From: Bacteroidota bacterium
GTDB taxonomy: Bacteria > Bacteroidota > Bacteroidia > AKYH767-A > 2013-40CM-41-45
Direction of reading: 5' to 3'
NCBI GenBank assembly: GCA_043756425.1
Contig: JAYURB010000093.1
Coordinates: 1 to 31,131, forward strand
DNA length: 31,131 nucleotides
Positions 26,411-31,131 of the stretch are shown in pieces (within the stretch, counting starts at the first letter, position 1; the number at the start of each line of letters is the position of its first letter). The translations under genes and the position numbers were made by a program. The notes under the pieces are model-generated. The model was not told the DNA's origin, searched no databases, and saw only the letters and a list, made by a program, of their open reading frames with translations.

Positions 26411-27740
26411 GTTTCGTCATGCACTGAAAAAATTCGGTACTGACCGGGATTATGGCGAGCTGGTGCGTACCAGCTTTTTTGCTTTATTGGTAAGGATGAC
26501 AGGAGTCTTTACCGGTTTTCTGGTAACATTGCTTACTTCAAGATATTTCGGTGCCGATGCTTTGGGGATAGTCGCCATTTGCCTTGCAATATTAAGTTTC
26601 GCTTCTGTATTTGGTAAAGCAGGACTGGATGTGGCCCTGATGAAATATATTGCCGGGTTTGCTTTGGTCAATGATTATTCCGGAATCAAATCAGTTTATC
26701 TTTCTGCACTTAAAATAATATTCCCGGTTTCACTGATTGTTTCAGTATGTCTTTATTTCCTCGCTCCATGGATGGCAACGGATCTTCTTCATAAACCATT
26801 ATTGACGAACCTTCTCAGGGTAAATGCTTGGCTTTCTCTTCCTCTTGTTCTTTTATTGATTAATTCTGAATCCATCCGAGGACTTAAAAAAATTAAAACA
26901 TATACTTTTTTACAGACTGTTTCAGTTTCCCTTTTTGCAACTATGTTGTTAATCTTTTTTTCATTTCGGGAAAGCGGTAACGCTATTCCTGCTTATGTAC
27001 AATTTATCAGTATTGCTGCCGCAGGAGCAATTAGTATTTTATTGTGGATAAAATACAGCAAGTTTAACCACCACAAAGCGAAAGGCGTTATTTCATCGCG
27101 GGAACTTTTCCGTACCAGTTCTTCCATGTTTACTACTACATTAATGCAACTGACAATGTCATGGGCAGGTACATTAATCCTGGCTGCTTATGTCAGCGAA
27201 TCGGAAGTGGGAATTTACAACGCTTTAATCAGGATATCCGTTTTTACCAATGTTACTATTCTTGCAGTGAATAGTTTTTCAATGCCGCGTTTTGCAGAAT
27301 CTTTTGCAGGACAGAAATACGATTCGATGAAAAAACTTGCCGACGAATCAGCCCGTTTGATCTTTCTTACTTCTTTACCTATTTTTATAATACTGGCCTT
27401 ATGTCCACAATGGATTTTATCTGTTTTTGGAAAAGAATTTCCGGGAAATGAAAATGCACTTTATGTATTACTAGCAGGACAGTTTATTGTTTGCTTTTGC
27501 GGACTTCCTTCGCAGATTTTAAACATGGCCGGCCGGCAGGATACTTTAAGAAACATAGCAATCTTCTCCGCTATAGTGAATGTGTCACTTTGCTTATTTT
27601 TAATCCCTTCTTACGGACTTATGGGAGCTTGTTTTGCCCAGCTGGGAGGAACCTTTATCTGGAATTTACTTAGTCTTTGGAGCGTTAAAAAGCATTTTGG
27701 TTTTTTTGTGTTTTTTAATTTAAACTTTAAAGACAAATAG
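26388..27740 (+). CDS. Wzx-like polysaccharide flippase
   Basis: Multi-TM 450 aa protein; LLTSRYFGADALG, SEVGIYNA, PRFAESF, QILNMAGRQ, LIPSYGLMGA; overlaps cysQ by 23 bp. Confidence 0.88.
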   Translation: MNGSLQSRFRHALKKFGTDRDYGELVRTSFFALLVRMTGVFTGFLVTLLTSRYFGADALGIVAICLAILSFASVFGKAGLDVALMKYIAGFALVNDYSGIKSVYLSALKIIFPVSLIVSVCLYFLAPWMATDLLHKPLLTNLLRVNAWLSLPLVLLLINSESIRGLKKIKTYTFLQTVSVSLFATMLLIFFSFRESGNAIPAYVQFISIAAAGAISILLWIKYSKFNHHKAKGVISSRELFRTSSSMFTTTLMQLTMSWAGTLILAAYVSESEVGIYNALIRISVFTNVTILAVNSFSMPRFAESFAGQKYDSMKKLADESARLIFLTSLPIFIILALCPQWILSVFGKEFPGNENALYVLLAGQFIVCFCGLPSQILNMAGRQDTLRNIAIFSAIVNVSLCLFLIPSYGLMGACFAQLGGTFIWNLLSLWSVKKHFGFFVFFNLNFKDK

Positions 27741-27766
27741 AAGAGATGTTTTTTTAATTTCGTGGT

Positions 27767-29062
27767 GTGGAATCTATTGAAATAAAGAGGCGGGGAAGTT
27801 TGCCTGCGCCGATTTCTTATACCATCCTAATTTTGGTTTACATATCAACCTTTAGGGTGTTTGCTACCCTTCCTCTTGAAAATCTTCATCAGGCAGTTTC
27901 AACGGCTGCCATACTTATACTGAGTCTGTACTATATCATTAATTTAGTTGTTAATCTGCATCACAACAGAATTACACGGCTTGATATTCTCATGTGGGTT
28001 TTTATTTTTGTAAATTTTCTTGCTGCATATAAAGGGCATGTAGTATTTGGCCAGCCGTATTATTACGGCATTATGGCTCAACGGTCGGTTTTATTATCCC
28101 TTTCAGGAATCCTGACCGTTTCATTTCTTAATCACGGATATTTTACCATTAAACAGGTTGAGCGCTCTTTTTTAATAATTTCACTTTCTCTGCTATTTAT
28201 TTGTTACTTCTTCATTCTGTTCATCAACCCCGGTAGTTTTACGGAAGAAGAATTCGTTGCTTACAGTCCAATACGCGGTTACCGGTATCGTTTCCAATTT
28301 GCCCTGGTAATTATGCTGCTTTTTTATTCCTTGTTTAAAATTTCCCATGAAAAAAAGAACTGGTTTTCAATTGTTGTATTTCTTATTCTTTTTTATCTGG
28401 TTTATTTCCTTCAGTCGAGAACGACACTTGTCGTTTTGGCTATAACACTAATAATATATTTTTTCAGAAATTATTCTCTGCGGGAGAAAATAAGAAATAC
28501 GCTTATTTACGGAAGCCTTTTTCTTTTGGCAGGAATCATTTTTATCAGTCTTGGCTATACTTCTCTATTTGAAAAATACAAGGTTCTCTATCATAACGTT
28601 CTGGAAGCATTTATTTCCGGGTCTCCGGATGAAGCATCTTCCGCTATTCGCTTCAAAGAACTGCAAACTGCCATAGACTATATTGGCAAAAATCCAATCC
28701 TTGGGAATGGATTTATCAGCAATCAATGGAATGGAGGATTCAGGGATATTTTCGGATATTTTTATCCCGTAGATATTGGACTTCTGGGAAATGTATTTGT
28801 ATTTGGTATTCTGGGAACAATTCTGATTTACCTGCCGTATTATTTCTCACTTTCCATGTCTAGAAAAGTTATTTCAGGCAATGTTTTTTTTAAAACATGC
28901 GAGTATATGCTGTTGTTCTTTTTTCTAAGCATGTTTTTCTCAGCTGTTAATATTCGTGATTCAAGCAGCATAATGTTTTTGGTATGTTTGCTCTATTACT
29001 TTCGCTATTATAGCAATAGTAAAACCACTCAAGTCGTTGATGTTATTCCGTCGCTATCATGA
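27767..29062 (+). CDS. Wzy/WaaL-like polymerase or O-antigen ligase
   Basis: Multi-TM; QSRTT motif, periplasmic loop SSAIRFKE...NPILGNGF, and DIGLLG..FVFGILG; GTG start. Confidence 0.75.
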   Translation: MESIEIKRRGSLPAPISYTILILVYISTFRVFATLPLENLHQAVSTAAILILSLYYIINLVVNLHHNRITRLDILMWVFIFVNFLAAYKGHVVFGQPYYYGIMAQRSVLLSLSGILTVSFLNHGYFTIKQVERSFLIISLSLLFICYFFILFINPGSFTEEEFVAYSPIRGYRYRFQFALVIMLLFYSLFKISHEKKNWFSIVVFLILFYLVYFLQSRTTLVVLAITLIIYFFRNYSLREKIRNTLIYGSLFLLAGIIFISLGYTSLFEKYKVLYHNVLEAFISGSPDEASSAIRFKELQTAIDYIGKNPILGNGFISNQWNGGFRDIFGYFYPVDIGLLGNVFVFGILGTILIYLPYYFSLSMSRKVISGNVFFKTCEYMLLFFFLSMFFSAVNIRDSSSIMFLVCLLYYFRYYSNSKTTQVVDVIPSLS

Positions 29063-29964
29063 GAAGGCCTGATTTTCTAATAGTTGGAACCGCCCGAGCA
29101 GGCACAACCGCTTTGCATTATTATCTGCGCAGTCATCCTGAAATATTTTTGCCTTCACAAAAGGAGCCGTGTTTTTTTTGTTTTAGCGAAAAAGAATTGA
29201 ACTATAAGCGCGGTAAATTTTCTTTTGCTGTTACAGACTCAGTTAAATATTTCCGACTATTCGAAAAAGCCACTACGAATCAAGTGACGGGTGAAATATC
29301 TACTCCATATCTTTATCTTCATAAGCAAACTATAGAATCCATTCAAAGAATTTATAGTGGAGTTGCACTTCCAAAAATTGTAATTATTCTCCGCAACCCT
29401 GTTGAAAGAGCCTATTCACAATACCTCTGGAAAGTCAGAGACGGGAGAGAAGAGCTTTCTTTTTTTGATGCCTTGAAAGCGGAAAATAATAGAATTATTG
29501 AAAATTACAGTATCGATTACCATTATGCACATAGGGGATTATATGCAGAAGCGGTAAAGGAATACATGGAAAAATTCCCCTATATGAAAATAATTCTTTT
29601 TGAAGATTTCAAAAACAATTTTGAAAACACTTTATCAGAACTTTTGGTTTTTCTGGGAGTTAACGAAAAATTCAGCTTTATAAAAAATGAAAGTGTGAAT
29701 AGCAGTGCAGAGCCACTTTTTCCTTCCTTAAGCAAACTGGTTACTTTTGAAAGTAAAATAAAATATTCTTTACTTAATTACGTGCCTGATTCAATTCGAC
29801 TCAGGATTAAGCAACAGTTCTACCGAATAAATTCTAAAAATAAGATTCCACGACCTGTTTCCGATAATGCTCGAAAAATTTTACTGGACTTTTATAAAAA
29901 AGACATTTTGGAGCTTCAGTCTGTATCAGGGCTTAATCTTAATTCCTGGTTGCTAAATGAATGA
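29059..29964 (+). CDS. PAPS-dependent sulfotransferase
   Basis: 5'-PSB loop FLIVGTARAGTTAL, HPEIF...KEP.FF, GEISTPYL, 3'-PB motif ILRNPVERAYSQY, and YIxxG-like YAHRGLY. Confidence 0.92.
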   Translation: MRRPDFLIVGTARAGTTALHYYLRSHPEIFLPSQKEPCFFCFSEKELNYKRGKFSFAVTDSVKYFRLFEKATTNQVTGEISTPYLYLHKQTIESIQRIYSGVALPKIVIILRNPVERAYSQYLWKVRDGREELSFFDALKAENNRIIENYSIDYHYAHRGLYAEAVKEYMEKFPYMKIILFEDFKNNFENTLSELLVFLGVNEKFSFIKNESVNSSAEPLFPSLSKLVTFESKIKYSLLNYVPDSIRLRIKQQFYRINSKNKIPRPVSDNARKILLDFYKKDILELQSVSGLNLNSWLLNE

Positions 29965-31081
29965 CGCACCACTTCAGATAGCTATTATAGATCCTGTTGG
30001 TCAGAAAGCGGGCATGGATTATTACAACCTTTCTCTGGCCCGTCAATTAAAAAATTTAGGCTGCAGGGTTAAAGTCTACAGTAACTTTGCATCAGAGGAA
30101 GATTCTGATATTATTATCAAACAATTTGAATTTACTTTCAGCAGAAGCATTATTCATCGAATGCATTTTTTTATTCAATATATTTCCACTCTTCGAAAAG
30201 CAAAGAAGAATGGATTAAAAATTTTAATACTTCACTTGTTTCATTCATCTTTTGCTGAATATTTGCTATTTTCAGTATGTAAGATTTATGGGTTCAAAAT
30301 TTGCTTAATTATTCACGATGTTGAAAGCTTTATTACTACAGAGAAAAAATCCCGACTAATAAAATGTTTGGATAAAGCATCATACGTTATTGTGCACAAC
30401 GAGACATCCTGCGAGGAACTCGTTACAAGAACCGGTTATCCTAAAATTAAGATTAGTATAATTCCGCATGGAAATTTCTCAGATCATCCTCCGAAAGTTA
30501 GTAGAACGATTGTCATGGATTACTTTAAGTTAAAACACAGGGGTTTGTATTTGTTGTTTTTCGGTATGATTAAAGGCTCTAAAGGCCTGGAGCTTGCACT
30601 GGAGGCAATGCAAAAAACCGATAATAATGTACATCTCATCATTGCAGGCAGAATGAGAGGTCAATCATTTGATTTATACAAGAAAAAGATAGAAGCATTT
30701 GGGCTTGAAAATAGAGTGCACTCGTTTATTAAATACATTACCAATTTGGAGAGGCATTATTTATTCAGTCTGGCAGACATTGCCATACTCCCTTACAGGC
30801 GAATTTACCAAAGTGGAGTTATGCTTTTAGCAATGAGCTATGGTGTTCCAGTCATTGCCAGCGACCTGCCGGCAAACAAGGAAATTATTAATGGTCAGAA
30901 TGGAAAACTATTCATTTCAGGCAATTCCGTCGATCTTGCCATGCAAATAAATATGTTGATAAATGACGAAAATGCCAGGATGTTGTTGTCAAAAAAATCA
31001 ATAGATTACGTAAATAATAATCATGACTGGGCAGTTATTTCGAAGAGATTTATGGATATTCTAATGGCAATTAAATGTTGA
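29957..31081 (+). CDS. GT4-family (GT-B) glycosyltransferase
   Basis: IIPHG, LLFFGMIKGSKGLE, HLIIAG, ADIAILPY, QSGVMLLAMSYGVPVIASD. Confidence 0.9.
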   Translation: MNDAPLQIAIIDPVGQKAGMDYYNLSLARQLKNLGCRVKVYSNFASEEDSDIIIKQFEFTFSRSIIHRMHFFIQYISTLRKAKKNGLKILILHLFHSSFAEYLLFSVCKIYGFKICLIIHDVESFITTEKKSRLIKCLDKASYVIVHNETSCEELVTRTGYPKIKISIIPHGNFSDHPPKVSRTIVMDYFKLKHRGLYLLFFGMIKGSKGLELALEAMQKTDNNVHLIIAGRMRGQSFDLYKKKIEAFGLENRVHSFIKYITNLERHYLFSLADIAILPYRRIYQSGVMLLAMSYGVPVIASDLPANKEIINGQNGKLFISGNSVDLAMQINMLINDENARMLLSKKSIDYVNNNHDWAVISKRFMDILMAIKC

Positions 31082-31131
31082 TAACAATAGTAGGAACACA
31101 TGGAATACCTGCGAATTACGGCGGGTTTGAG
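31075..31131 (+). CDS. 5' fragment of a glycosyltransferase (DUF1972/GT4-type N-terminus), cut by the window edge
   Basis: From ATG 31075 the frame reads MLITIVGTHGIPANYGGFE, matching the G-T-x-G-I-P-x-x-Y-G-G-F-E N-terminal motif; absent from the supplied ORF track. Confidence 0.8.
   Translation, partial: MLITIVGTHGIPANYGGFE

Noticed and set aside
27746-27766. ATG followed by a T7 tract upstream of the polymerase as a slipped-strand switch
   Set aside because: With 7 T the in-frame reading stops at TAA 27755-27757. With 6 or 8 T the frame does not join the polymerase ORF and soon stops.

Overview
A Bacteroidota chromosomal window, judged from SprA, T9SS C-terminal sorting domains, Omp28 proteins, TAnnTTTG-type promoters and no obvious Shine-Dalgarno sequences. 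The left part (1-12.4 kb, minus strand) is a housekeeping block: maeB-ruvA-sprA-gcvH-vanZ-like-ubiX. The maeB-ruvA gap holds an unusual 245-bp nested inverted-repeat element flanked by CCGATAGCTATCGG palindromes. The middle (12.4-19.3 kb) is a cluster of exported proteins that nearly all carry Cys pairs: a small T9SS cargo (CX4C), a T9SS-secreted Omp28-domain protein (CGWC), a TlpA-like thioredoxin (CKPC), a DUF6029-like beta-barrel (CIGGVC) and an Omp28 lipoprotein (CGNC), followed by a small barrel. This cluster is the best candidate for an undescribed trans-outer-membrane thiol-disulfide system. Next comes deoC with a full aldehyde dehydrogenase and a catalytic-domain-less ALDH module (resembling a split ALDH16). 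The right end is a PAPS-supply block (cysC, cysD, cysN, cysQ) joined to flippase, polymerase, sulfotransferase and glycosyltransferase genes, suggesting a sulfated surface polysaccharide; it continues past the window edge. I saw no rRNA, tRNA, CRISPR array, integrase or transposase. Family names come from motif recognition only; no searches were run.
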